A DNA stretch of 64,000 bases from Scyliorhinus canicula (taxonomy: Eukaryota): positions 64,186,593 through 64,250,592 of the forward strand of contig NC_052165.1 of assembly GCF_902713615.1 (NCBI RefSeq). Reading direction: 5' to 3'. Position numbers and translations under genes: made by a program. Position 1 is the first letter of the stretch, and the number at the start of each line of letters is the position of its first letter. The notes under the pieces were generated by a model, which did no database searches, was not told the origin of the DNA, and saw only the letters and a list, made by a program, of their open reading frames with translations. Shown here one piece after another: positions 22,345 to 33,925 of the stretch.

Positions 22345-23315
22345 ATGATTGGTGGCATAGTGGACAGTGAAGAAGGTTATCGGGGCAGCACGGTGGCACA
22401 GTGGTTAGCATTTCTGCCTATGGCGCTGAGGACCCGGGTTCAAATCCCGGCCCTGGGTCACTGTCCGTGAGGAGTTTGCACATTCTCTCTGTGTCTGCGT
22501 GGGTTTCACCCCACAACCCAAAAGATTTGCCTGGTAGGTGGATTGGCCACGCTAAATTGCCCCTTAATTGGAAAAATTAATTAGGTACTCTAAAATTTAT
22601 TTTTTTTAAAGTGAAGAAGGTTATCTAGGATTGCAACGGGATCTTGATCAATTGGGCCAGTGGGCCGATGAATGGCAGATGGAGTTTAATTTAGATAAGT
22701 GTGAGGTGATACATTTTGGTAGATCAAATCAGGGCAGATCGTACTCAGTTAATGATAGGGTGTTGGGGAGAGTTATAGAACAAGGAGATCTATCAGTACA
22801 GGTTCATAGCTCCATGGTAGTGAAGAAGGCATTTGACATGCTTTGTCTCATTGGTCAGAACATTGAATACATGAATTGGGACATCTTGTTGAAGTTGTAC
22901 AATACATTAGTAAGCCACACCTGGAATACTGTGCACAGTTCTGGTCACCCTATTATAGAAAGGATATTATTAAACTCGAAAGAGTGCAGCAAAGATTTAG
23001 TAGGATGCTTCCTAGACTTGATGGTTTGAGTTATAAGGAGAGGCTGAATAGATTGGGACTTTTTAAGGTAAGAGGGAGAGATACAAAAGGGACCAGAGGG
23101 GCAAATTTTTCACACAGAGGGTGGTGAGTGTCTGGAATGTGCTGCCAGAGGCAGTGTTAGAGGTGGGTACAATTTTGTCTTTTAAAAAGCATTTAGACAG
23201 TTATATGGGAAAGATGGGTTTAGAGGGCAATTGTGATTAGCTCAGTGGTTAAAAACTGGGCGGCATGGACAAGTTGGGCTGAAGGGCCTGTTATCATGCT
23301 GTAAACCTCTATGAC
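22345..23315 (+). mobile_element. CR1 (HER1-type) LINE 3' fragment, interrupted by a SINE
   Basis: LQRDLDQLGQWADEWQMEFNLDKCEVIHFG and PHLEYCAQFWSPYYRKDIIKLERVQ; CR1 tail GGGCTGAAGGGCCTGT...CTCTATGACTCT. Confidence 0.9.
22382..22609 (+). mobile_element. HE1-type SINE with 16-bp TSD
   Basis: TSD AGTGAAGAAGGTTATC at 22366-22381 and 22610-22625. Confidence 0.92.
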
Positions 23316-23319
23316 TCTG

Positions 23320-24240
23320 ACTCTATGTGGTGCAGGGTGGGGTTCGGCTGTCCTCCCAGTTGGGGGGCATGGACGGGGTTATGTGTGTGTGCGAGGGGGG
23401 TTGGTGCCAGGGGCACAGGGCTGCCTACCCACCCTGGCCGCCCCAGGAGTAAGGGGTGTGGGGGTGGTTCTCATGAGAAATGGTGCGGGATTCGCTGGTT
23501 TTGCGACTGACACTTAGGAGTCTGACAAGCTACAGTTACACATACACACTACACTCCCCACACACACCATCGCAGCCAACAAGATGCAGTAAGACACGCG
23601 GTCCCACATTTCGCGGACGCCGAGCTTGTGACCCTCCTGGATGCCATGTAGGAGAGGTGGATGACCATGTACCCCAGCCTGGCAAGGAGGCTGCCAGCCC
23701 AGCCGTTGTGCCTGGACGTAGTTGGTAGAGGGCGTGAGCGTTATGAGCAACTCCGTCCGGACCGGCCAGCAGTGCCAGAAAAGGCTGCATGAGTCGCACT
23801 GTCTAACACTGTCGGTTTCTCTTTGTCCCTCTCCAGTAGTAGGCCGTCCATAACCGCCAGGAGCAGGAGAAGACTGGAGGGGGACCACCAGACCTGCAGT
23901 CCCTCACCAAATGTGGTCAGTGGCCCAGAGGAAAGGGAAGTCACCGGGGAAGGGGGGAGATGTCCAAAAACATGTCATGCGACAAGCATCCCGTCAGCCC
24001 ACATTGAAATGAATGTATTGAGCCACCTGGACATATAGCGCCTCTGTGACAGCATGGATAAATCTGTGCATCGAGGTTTGTGATATCCCGGACAGGTCGC
24101 CACTCGGCGTCTAGAAGGACCCCGTTGTGTAAATGTTCAGGGCGACTGTCACCTTGACGGCCACTGGGAGCCAGTGTCAGGTGTGCCATGATATCTCTTT
24201 GCGTCATCTCCAAAGCTTCAATATGCCCACATTATCACTT
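23320..24240 (+). mobile_element. Harbinger-derived remnant encoding a decayed Myb/SANT-like DNA-binding domain
   Basis: ~23585-23790 translates, with a stop and frameshift, as PHFADAELVTLLDAM*ERW...AWT*LVEGVSVMSNSVRTGQQCQKRLHE, the pattern of the PIF/Harbinger Myb-like accessory protein. Confidence 0.65.
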
Positions 24241-24863
24241 TAGGCCTTGAGCATGTTTTGAACAATTGGGGAAGAGCCAGTCTAAGGAGTTATCCCATAC
24301 AGGATGAATATTAAAATTGTTAACTAAGCTCCTGAAAGAAGTCTCATGAATTCTCAGCAGCATTTGCACAAAACTATGGCTAGAAGCTTGGGAACAGAAA
24401 TAAATGCCTTATTTTGCCTGTTAAAAACATTTTTAAATACTTCAGATGCAATGAATTACATTGTCATGGTCTGATGAAAGCAAACTACTTTTTAACAGAC
24501 AGCGAAACCCTACAAACAGCCTGAAATGACTGACAAAATAACCTGTTTCTGGTTGCTGATGTAATCGAGGGAAGAATGTTGGCTAAGTCACTTAAAACTC
24601 ACTCCTCTCAAAAAATGTAATCAAATCTTTATAACCCAACAAATCTGGCAAAATAATATGAAGGGAATGGGATACAAGAATTGACAAAAAAAGGAACATT
24701 AGTCATACATGTTATGTTTGGAACAATTGAAGAAGTTAAACAGTACTGATTCAAAAAGTTCACACTGCAGGCACAATTCTTCTAAACCTTGGCTAATAAT
24801 TTGAACTGTTGTAAAACTGAACAACTTAAAAACATTTTGCTACCAAGTAAAATTTTACATTAC

Positions 24864-24983
24864 CTTCTGGTTTCTCATTTGATTGATCAGGCGCAGCAGG
24901 CAAAGGGCTTTCTGAACTTTTAGTGCCTTCTCCCACACCAATTTTGCTACAGTCAACAATAATAACTCCTTCTCTTGCTGTGT
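24864..24983 (-). CDS. IQUB: IQUB coding exon 4
   Basis: aag|AC...GAAG|gtaat, 120 nt, phase 1-1, open: DTAREGVIIVDCSKIGVGEGTKSSESPLPAAPDQSNEKPE; the acceptor is weak, so the 5' boundary is uncertain. Confidence 0.6.
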
Positions 24984-25680
24984 CTTTAGTCGCATTCGTT
25001 GGTTTAAACAAGTTCAATAGGAAAAAAGGGGTCAAGTGAAAATATTACTTAAAAATAAATGTTGACTAGATATATTGCTGTCAGTATACAGTAGATCATT
25101 ATAAACCTGGTATCCATTGAAAACTGATGAGATATGTTAATGACACAGATTAATGGGCTGATACACTGGTACACCCCAGAAATTGATGGCCAGTCCATAG
25201 TGTGGCCAAACACGTTAAGTGTGTCAACCTGCAAATCTTTCCAAACCTGACAATGGCTGGTGGTGAGAGCAGGGTAGACTCCTGGTCAGTAGCACCTTTC
25301 AAGTTATAAGCCCCAGGCGACAGACTAGCGACCTGTTCCGGGAATTACTAGCTATGGAAACAGACAAAAGTCTGCCTTAGTGCACCACTAGGTATGGGAA
25401 GAGAATTGGAATGGAAAACATGAGAGGGAATATAAAATAAGAACCAGGACAATGCAGTGGTGTGGGGACACTGATTGACTACACTTACTAGTAAAGCTCC
25501 ACGGAAAATTGAAAGAAATTAGAAAGATTACTTCATCATCATTATGGTGATAAATATACATCAAAAAGTATATCATTAATTGTTCAGGAACTGATTGTAG
25601 TCTTCAGTCGCATCCGGCCAATAATGTATGAGGCTAGGTATCAGTAACATCGAGCCAACAAAGATAATTTTACTTCAAAG

Positions 25681-25975
25681 AATCATAGAAACCCTACAGT
25701 ACAGTAGGAGGTCGTTTGGCCCATTGAGTCTGCACTAACCCTCCGAAAGAGCACCTCCACCATATCCCCGCAACCCAATAACCCACCTAACCTTTTGGAC
25801 ACTAAGGGGCAATTTAGCATGGCCAATCCACCTTGCCTGCACATCTTTGGATTATAGGAGGAAACCGAAGCAGCGGGAGGAAAGACACGCAGACATGGAA
25901 AAACGTACAAACTCCACACAGAGAGTGACCCAACCCCAGTCCCTGGTGCTGTGCGGCAGCAGTGCTAACCACTGG
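25681..25975 (-). mobile_element. HE1-type SINE with CR1-like tail
   Basis: Head CAGTGGTTAGCACTGCTG; tail ...ACTGTAGGGTTTCTATGATT. Confidence 0.8.
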
Positions 25976-26307
25976 AAGCTGCTCTAAGTGTTAGAATCCT
26001 CGAAAATGGTTTTCATACTTCAGAAACCATTTTTAATACTCTCCTTGAGCACAAAAGAAGTTCTGGTGTTTGTTACTTGAAACATAGGGGAAACATTTTT
26101 ATCCTGGCACTTAGGCTATGAAAGCAGGGCATTCACATTAATTAAGAATGGCTGAATGACTTAAATTTTAAACGATTGGTCAAGTATTCAACATGGTGTC
26201 CTGACTGGGTTGGGTCTCCTGCTGAGATTTTATTCAGTTGGGCAAAAACAATCTGATACAGCCATGACCCTTCAAAGGCTGTAGCAGCAATACAATAGTA
26301 AAATTAT

Positions 26308-26420
26308 GGGCGGCACAATGGCGTAGTGGTTAGCACTGCTGCCTCACGGCGCCGAGAACCCTGGTTAAAACCCGGCCCCGGGTCACTGCCTGTGTGGAGT
26401 TTGCAGATTCTCCCAATGCC
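26308..26420 (+). mobile_element. HE1-type SINE head, 3'-truncated and joined to a Gypsy element
   Basis: GGGCGGCACAATGGCGTAGTGGTTAGCAC...GGAGTTTGCAGATTCTCCC, followed by an abrupt switch. Confidence 0.8.
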
Positions 26421-27912
26421 TACTCAACTGCCCGCTTCCACTCTGGAAAATTTTCATCCAATCTAATTTTAGGTCTTTCAGCCAGTTCCGTCCAATTAAG
26501 CTCGGTCCGGAGCACTCTACTATCGTCAATGGTAATCTGAGCAATTGTTTTTCATATTCCACAGGTACATGAGTCGTGCCTAGAACGTCCAGGGGTTCCC
26601 CCGTGTAGGGTTTAAGGTTCGTCTATGTTTTTGTTAGGGTTAGTGGCTGGAGTCCATCTTTGATTTTTCTAAATGCTGCCACTCCCATTACTGATACGGC
26701 AGCACCCGTGTCTATTTCCATTATTGTCGGCCGCCCGTTCACCCGTGGGGTAATCCTAATGGGTCCTGCTTTCTTCGTTGTAATATTATATAATTGTTCC
26801 CCTTCGGAGGAGAATGGGGCGTCTAGGTTGTGTACTTCCCTGCGTCCCCACCTGCTATTTCTCTTTTGCCAACTCCTTCTAGGGTTTCTGTCGTTGTTAC
26901 CCCACACTGTCTGGTGCCAGAAACGGTCCTTCTCTGTTGGGGGAGCCTCAGCCGGTACTTCCCTCTGTCTCCAGTTAGTCCTAGGAGACTTGGGGGCAGT
27001 TCTGGGGTTTTCCTTTTTCCCTCTATTCCTCAGGTTTTTCCTGAGAGCGACTATCTGGTAGCAGGACCCGTTGTGGTAGTCCCTCTCACAGGTATCTACC
27101 TCCATTAGCGTGCCCTGTAGTTCCTGCACCCCACTTGCTGCCTTTTCTAGGGACAGTTTGAGCTGTAACGCCTGTCTGCAGTCTAGCTCTGTTTCCGCCA
27201 ATAGGCGTTTCTGTATTGTGAGGTCGTTTATACCACACACCAACCGGTCCCGAAGCATTTCATTTAGTGTCGGGCCGAACTCACATTTTTCCGCCAGCCT
27301 TCTCAGGCGGGTCAAGAAATTCGTGACTGACTCCCTGTCTTCCCGCTTCGCTGTGTACCTAAGCAAAATGGGTCGTAGTGCTCTTTCACCAATTCTGTTA
27401 CTTCTTGGAAAGTTTTCGTGTCCGGCGCATCGGGATAAGTCAGACTACATATAATGGCGAAAGCGGAGGGTCAGCACGCCGACAACAGGATAAGCCGTCT
27501 CCTTTCGTCCGTCAGTATATCATTTGCCCGGAAGAAGTAACACATTCTCTCCACATACTGGGATCAGTCTTCAATAGCCGGGTCGAATGCCTCTAACCTC
27601 CCAAAAAACGGCATTTTTAAAATGGCAAGGCTTACCCTCCGAGTGCGGCAGCTGGTCTCCGCAAAATTCGTAGTTTACCTCGTCGCCACTGTGGTAATCC
27701 ACGGGAGGCAGGAGTTCCGTCACCACACCAATATTTATTTACAATAACGATATTACAGGAGCAGCTACAAACAGTGCTGCTAGCAGTCCAGTCAACTTAA
27801 GACTGCTCACAAAGCCTAACCAGGTGATTATATGGGCCCCCTCAATGAGCTATCATTGAGGGAGCTCATACTCCAATTGGCCAACCAATAAAGCCAATTG
27901 GAGTTCATTACA
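26421..27912 (-). mobile_element. Gypsy LTR retrotransposon, 5' part: LTR 27690-27912, PBS, gag, protease
   Basis: LTR TGTAAT...ACCACA; PBS-like TGGCGACGAG at 27679-27688; gag begins MPFFGRLEAFD (in-frame stops) and continues LRRLAEKCEFG..LNEMLRDRLVCGIND; protease MEIDTGAAVSVM. Confidence 0.9.
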
Positions 27913-28021
27913 GTTGTCATAATTTATAGTATTTGTGGATGACCGAACACTGCAAAATTATGGCATGACAAAGCTAAAAATATTTTTAAAGTTTGGAATG
28001 TATAATAATTCATGCAGTTTA

Positions 28022-28129
28022 AAACCAAAGCCTTAAATGATGAGGGTAAAAAATGAGAGACTAATCACAATACTATTGTATTGTGATTAGTCTCTCATTT
28101 TTTACCCTCATCATTTAAGGCTTTGGTTT
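28022..28129. repeat. Perfect 52-bp inverted repeat with 4-nt loop
   Basis: 28022-28073 is the exact reverse complement of 28078-28129; loop TATT. Confidence 0.97.
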
Positions 28130-28381
28130 AAAATTATTTCTACTGATATTCATCTTGTCTTTAATGCTAACCATCCCCCCACCCCCAAAAATAAAACAGA
28201 ATTTTTAAATCATCATTAAGAACTGATTTAAAAGATAATAAAATATATCGTGCTCAATACAAAGACAATATCACGTGAAATTTAAATGTCACCAGTAATG
28301 AGAAAGATACCGAGCAACCTGGAGATTGTAAATTTATAGATATGAACACTGTGTTACATTCTGTGAAAATGTCAATATTAC

Positions 28382-28504
28382 CTGGTTTGGTGATATCAAC
28401 ACGGTCTGGTGACACTGCCTCTTGTGTTGTAATGGCCTGTACTCCTGCTGTTTGGTCAACAATTGGACCTTCTCCTGCATCATGGCTTACAATTTCAGAA
28501 TCTT
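28382..28504 (-). CDS. IQUB: IQUB coding exon 3
   Basis: aacag|AA...CCAG|gtaat, 123 nt, phase 1-1, open: EDSEIVSHDAGEGPIVDQTAGVQAITTQEAVSPDRVDITKP, paralogous to exon 30626-30754. Confidence 0.65.
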
Positions 28505-28719
28505 CTGTTCCACGTGAATGATAAAATAGAATAAATGCTGGATATTGAAAGCCATTGAGATCAAACATAATCTAATTAAATAAAACCAGATTGATCGGCA
28601 CACTGAGTTGTTGGGCATATTGTCACAGAAATTAAGAGGATTACATACTTCCCTATTGATTTGTGGGATACCTTTGTGTCTACAATGTTGACTTATTTAT
28701 TTCTATGTGAACCACAAGC

Positions 28720-29425
28720 TGTTTCTTATATTGACCGAATTACCACACCACCAGTATATTAGTTCAAAAGACAGTTTATTAACAAACACACTTGTTTTAT
28801 GTGCATTGATTCACGCGGCTACACACTAAACTAAACCTAATAACTAAGATGACCTTTACTTAACTTCAGGGTGACCGGCTCTGTGCGGGAGGTAAGGCCA
28901 TTATCTGCGTCCACGTGAGTCGGTTGGAAGTCTTCAGGTTCGTCTCGGCTGGGCTTGTCCTTCAGGTAGTGATTGCGGGTCCTTGAACTTGGCTGGTTGA
29001 TAAGCTGCAATTGGTCACACACAGGCCGGTCCACAAGAGGCTGATCCCTAACGTGCAGGGCTTCTTATCCTTCTTCTCTTTTGCGCCCTTTTGGGCGGTT
29101 CAAACTCCAGAACCAACGGATCGATAGGGTTTCGATCACCCTCACTGATCCTGGCCAATTAAGAGGCGGATACCTCGGTGGCTGGGCGGGTCTTAGCTGT
29201 CATTGTCCCAGGCACGTAGGCCTTTCCAAATAAGGGGAAGCGGTGCCGGTTAGTCTGCTACTGTTGTTGTTCCTTGATTCATTCTATTGCCCTGGGGGAA
29301 ATGGTGATTGACTTTTAATGGGTGCAAGTTTTGGCCAGGTCTGGCTTCTTTGCACAACACACAGAGGCTGTGTGTTGACCACAATTCCCATGGTCCTTTG
29401 CAGATGGCCATTTTAGATGGCTACA
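28720..29425 (-). mobile_element. Solo LTR (~706 bp)
   Basis: TGT...ACA termini; flanks ACAAGC / ACAAGT (6 bp, 1 mismatch); minus-strand AATAAA near the 3' end. Confidence 0.7.
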
Positions 29426-30625
29426 ACAAGTCTCTCCATGCTGATTTCCCCAATCAGCTGCATAAAGAAAACAAGTCACCTTGTTGCTATGTCATTTGAG
29501 AGATAAGTGCCTATCCCTGTTCACCTCAATTCATACCCCTCCTTAATGGTCCTTCCCAAAACCAGCCCCCTCTGTCCCTCCCTTTAACCTGCTTGGAAAG
29601 CCATTTACTTTGTAAGGAGGATCTGGGGAGGTGGGCTGGAGGATGTAAATAGTCTAACAACATCAATCAGAAAAAAACTATCATATAGAGGATAGGGCAC
29701 AGTGGATTGGCATGCCCATACTTGCCCATTGATTCCTTTGCTAGTTTTGTTGTCAGCCTCCCCACGTCTTGTCTTCATTAATTTCAGCCAGCCTAGAACT
29801 CCCCAGCATGTGTATCCTACTGCATTAAGCCCCACATACTTCATTCCATCTGATCAATAACTGTTTCAGAATCTTCTACTCCACCAAATTAATTTGAGAA
29901 AAATTAAGATACTTGCACAGTTACGGCTGTGCTCCCCTCAATCTGAACCTTTTCGAACCATATATTCCTGCCAAAACCTCTTCCTTGATGTCTTAGGCTG
30001 TATTCTGTCCCTTTTTTCTCCCAAAGGATGCTACACTTTCAGTCATAATATTCTTGCCCTGTAGAATTCGAACAGAATAATTTTGCTATTTTCGGTCTAC
30101 CTTAAAAGGCCCCCTAAAAACCTAGATCTTCAGACATGACTGAAATCTACCCCCACCTCATCTCAGATAAAAATAACTCAATGATTCCAGAAAAATCAAT
30201 TGACAATCGATTACACAGTGATAGCTCAATTCTGTGTCGTGGATTTGAGTTAACAATTCCCCACAAGTTTCTCATGGTCTAACCCAATTGCAAGAGAGGC
30301 CGACAATCTGCCAAAAATAAGGTGAACCACTCTGAGCTGCAGCTAGTTACCATGTAGTGAGTAAAATACCATGGAAACAGTGCATGTATCCAGTATGGTA
30401 TGGTGATGCAAGACTCCAAAAGGACTCCAAATGGATGCAGTTGGAAAAATGACAAAACTCTGAGAAAATATTAATGATAACCATTTCCATGGAAATTCCA
30501 CATATCTGAATTAGTACGGAAATATCGACCCACAATCCTTCAACTGAAATGTCACCAAAAATTTGAAAAACAAAACTTTACTAGTCCACGAGCACTAATT
30601 TTATTCTATTAGCAAAAAACAATAC

Positions 30626-30754
30626 CTGTTGGACCGCCAGCAACATCTAGTGACACAGTCTCTTGTGATGTTTTATTTGCTGTTTCTTCATCAGTCAGAG
30701 TAGCTATAGATACAGATGATTCTTCCACATTATAACTTGCAAATTCAGAACTTC
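30626..30754 (-). CDS. IQUB: IQUB coding exon 2
   Basis: caatag|GA...ACAG|gtatt, 129 nt, phase 1-1, open: GSSEFASYNVEESSVSIATLTDEETANKTSQETVSLDVAGGPT. Confidence 0.7.
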
Positions 30755-31440
30755 CTATTGCAGCAAATCAATTCATTTGTATGGTTCATGGTGTAGCATC
30801 AAGTATGAAAAGGAGAAAGAAAATAGGTTATCATACTTACAGGTAGGGTGAAAAATATTAGTTTGTAAATACAGTATATGTGGGAGAACAATTGTCCATC
30901 CACCGAAGAACATGTGTGCATGTGTGATTGTGTGCATACTGTTAGGTGAAGTGGCAGAATATATATGTTTTATATATAACATATATATTTCGCTATCACG
31001 TGAAATTTCTGATCTCAGGATCAATGTAAAGACATTTAATATAAATATAAGAATGCGGTTTTAGAACATGGACAGGTAGATAATTATCTCCTTGTGCTGA
31101 ATTTCTACGGTTCTACAAAAATTAGACTTTCTATTGTATGAGAATTTTCATCTGACATTTCAATATCACATTTAGGGATGCCACAGTTTTTGGACTAGAT
31201 ATCCCTTGAGTTCATTGTCAAACGTCACTTATGATCCAGAGTGTTCTTTTGTTCTGCACAATTTGTTGTTAAACAATTGCATGGCTCAGAGAACAAAGAA
31301 TGCTTAATTTGGAACATTGGCTACTGAAATAGGACACATGCTAATTTCTCCCCTCTCTATAAACATGGATTTAATACAAACTCTATTAAGATGAGGCATA
31401 ACCTTTGGATCCATGACTAATTTACGTAAAATACAGATTT

Positions 31441-33123
31441 GTGCATGATTTAACAGGAGAAGTTCTAAGTGTCCTTTTGGGCGCGACTTCCCGAATGCTT
31501 CCCGACGGCTAACCCGGCAAGAGAGCGTCCAATATTTAATGGCACTTTAGCTGTGACAGAGGGAGGAGCTTCCAGGGAGGGTAGGCCTGACCGGGGAGCA
31601 GCAGGCCATGGGGTAAGGGGCTCAGCACCTACGGGTCATACAGACCATCCTCCAAATTGTCTATGCCCATAACGGGAGCAATCACAGCTGTTGTGTATCT
31701 GTCCCACCAAACACTTCCAGGACAGAGCCCTGTTCATGGTTATATGGTAACGGTCACGTTAACACCTTATGGCTGTGAGCAGCCTCTGGCTGCACAGCTG
31801 AAGGCTGTTGCTGAGAAGGAATTGGTACTGTTAGTTATGTGAGTACTTCACAGCTCTCAAGTGGTGTTGCAGGTTGTGTTTACTACTTGCTACTGCTGGT
31901 AGCTGCAAATGCCCGGGGGCTGCAGCTGCTGCTTCATTCTTTTTTGTGTAGCCTGGAGTAAGGAAAGAGAGGATGAAAAAATGACCTATTGTCTAGGCTG
32001 GAGAGTGGAAGGGGAGCTCTTCCTCTCTTCTGGCGTGCTTTGGGTTGGTGCGATTTTTCCACTGTCAAGGAGTTTACTCCTGGGAGCTATGTGAGGGGCA
32101 GAGAGAGGCGGATTGATCCGAATGAGCAGTAATTGCTGTGTGTTGTTGTTTCCAGCTGTCTGGAGCTGTGTTTGTTTGCTGCCGCCTCTTTGCTCTTGGA
32201 GTAAGGAAAAGGGAGATGGGAAGATGATCTGCTGCCTGGGCTGGTGAAGGGGAGGGGAAGTGGAGTTCTTTCTCTCTTCTGGATCAGATTTTCCATTGTT
32301 GAAGTGTTTACTGCTGGGAGCTGCAGGAGGGAGAGAGAGAGCGCGAGAGAGATGTGGATTGATTTGAGTGAGCAGCTTGATGAAGGTTTTGAAGAAATGC
32401 TTTTGCGGATTGCTGGTGGTTTTGTACGTGCGGTGGGTGCTGCATGTCGACTAGCACATCGTCGCGAGTTAAACACGTTGGACGTCGAGGCTGTCTAACT
32501 GCACCGTGAATGCCAGTGGGGCATGTGGACACTGAGCTTTGGTTCCGATTAAATTAGATCGTATAAGAAGGCCTGTACAATGGCGGCTCATGGACAGAGG
32601 CTGATACGTAAAACAACCGAACAGCAAGATTCCTCCATTCTGCTGAGGGGAGATAAAGCGTGTTTGATTTTCTTTGTACAAATTAACTGTTGTATCTTTG
32701 TGTTTGTACCGATATTCTGTAGTGAGAAGGTGCTTATGAGTGTATAGCAACAGCTCCAGTATGCCCCTGTATGGCTGTATGCCCCAAAACAGAAATGGCT
32801 ACTCACCTCCTCTGATCTTCTTTAGCAGCCATTGCACTAGGTTCCTGTTTTTAAATAGGAGTGCTAAACAGTGCCCACGTGACTTCTCGTGGGGAGCCAG
32901 TTAGTTCCTGGGAGGCCGTTAGATTGGCTTCCATCTCGTTAATGAGATGGAGATTGCCCTTTAATTGGTGTCTCGCCACGACTAGATGCCCGCTAACGGG
33001 AGTGGGCCAGTTAGATCGCGAACCTTTCAACAACCACCACGGATCCTGATTTCAGCCTCTCCCGTGATTTAACTGGGGCACACGGATCCGTGCTGGGCAC
33101 AGCATGGTCGCTAAATCGCGCCC
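31441..33123. mobile_element. Harbinger-like non-autonomous element containing foreign (TAF12-derived) sequence
   Basis: Termini GTGCATGATTTAAC ... GCTAAATCGCGCCC (decayed GGGCGCGATTTA TIR); right arm shared with 19830-20370; TSD not resolved. Confidence 0.55.
32358..32627 (+). pseudogene. TAF12: Intronless TAF12 fragment (histone fold and C-terminus), disabled
   Basis: IDLSEQLDEGFEEMLLRIAGGFVRAVGAACRLAHRRELNTLDVEAV*LHRECQWGMWTLSFGSD*IRSYKKACTMAAHGQRLIRKTT vs remembered TAF12 VDPNEQLDEDVEEMLLQIADDFIESVVTAACQLARHRKSSTLEVKDVQLHLERQWNMWIPGFGSEEIRPYKKACTTEAHKQRMALIRKTTKK; stops at 32496 and 32550. Confidence 0.92.
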
Positions 33124-33224
33124 AAAGCATTTATATTTTCCAAAGTGAGAACATAAAATTCCTTACACACCTTGGTTTAGAAAAACAATAAAAGATATAA
33201 TCTACTTTCTCTTCAAATATGTTA

Positions 33225-33600
33225 CTTTTTTTGATTCATTCTTGGAATGTGGGCATTGCTGGCTAGGCCAGCATTTGTTGCCCATCCCTAATTGCCCTTG
33301 AACTGAGTGGCTTGCTAGGCCATTTCAGTGGGGGTAGTTAAGACTCAAACACATCGCTGAGTGGGTCTGGAGTCACATAGGGGCAGAAGATCTCTTTCCC
33401 TGAACATTAGTGAACCAGATGGGTTTTAATGACAATTGGCAATGGCTTCATGGTCATCATTAGACTTCTAATTCCAGATTTTTATTGAATTCAAATTTCA
33501 CCATCTGTCATGGTGAGATTCAAACCCGGGATTCCAGAACATTACCGTGGGTCTCTAGGTGACCAGTCCAGTAACAATACCACTACGCTACTGCCTTCCC
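33225..33600 (-). mobile_element. tRNA-headed SINE, third family
   Basis: Head GGCAGTAGCGTAGTGGT...GGTTTGAATCTCACCATG; a second copy lies at ~41845-42540 and is interrupted by an HE1 SINE. Confidence 0.6.
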
Positions 33601-33925
33601 TGACAAAAGACCATTGATTCCAGTTTCATTCTTTGATGCTACGTTTGCGGTGAATTTTATGTGCTAGCCTTAAAATTCTGAAAAGTAGACAGAGGTGACA
33701 AATTTGTGAACTGTTCCCTTAAACCTATAAGAAGTAAGCATTGTCCATTGCCCATTGGCTTTCAAAAAAAAGTGGATTCCAGTCAACCAACGGTGTAATT
33801 CTTTTAGCAAATAACTCATAAATAATTCTCAACCAAAGTTACTCCCTCAGGTTTGAATTTGGGTCGGGAAGGTGCGAATGTTTGCTTAGCTAAGCCCTCA
33901 CTGTGCTAATGAGATAGTGGTGGAG

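Noticed and set aside
30347-30545. Open minus-strand frame after a CAG near IQUB exon 2, as an extra exon
   Set aside because: The frame ends in TAA, the nearby GT gives an incompatible phase, and the hydrophobic composition is unlike the neighbouring exons.
32244-32498. 84-aa ORF as a functional TAF12 retrogene
   Set aside because: Non-ATG start, truncated by premature stops, and many non-conservative changes in the histone fold.
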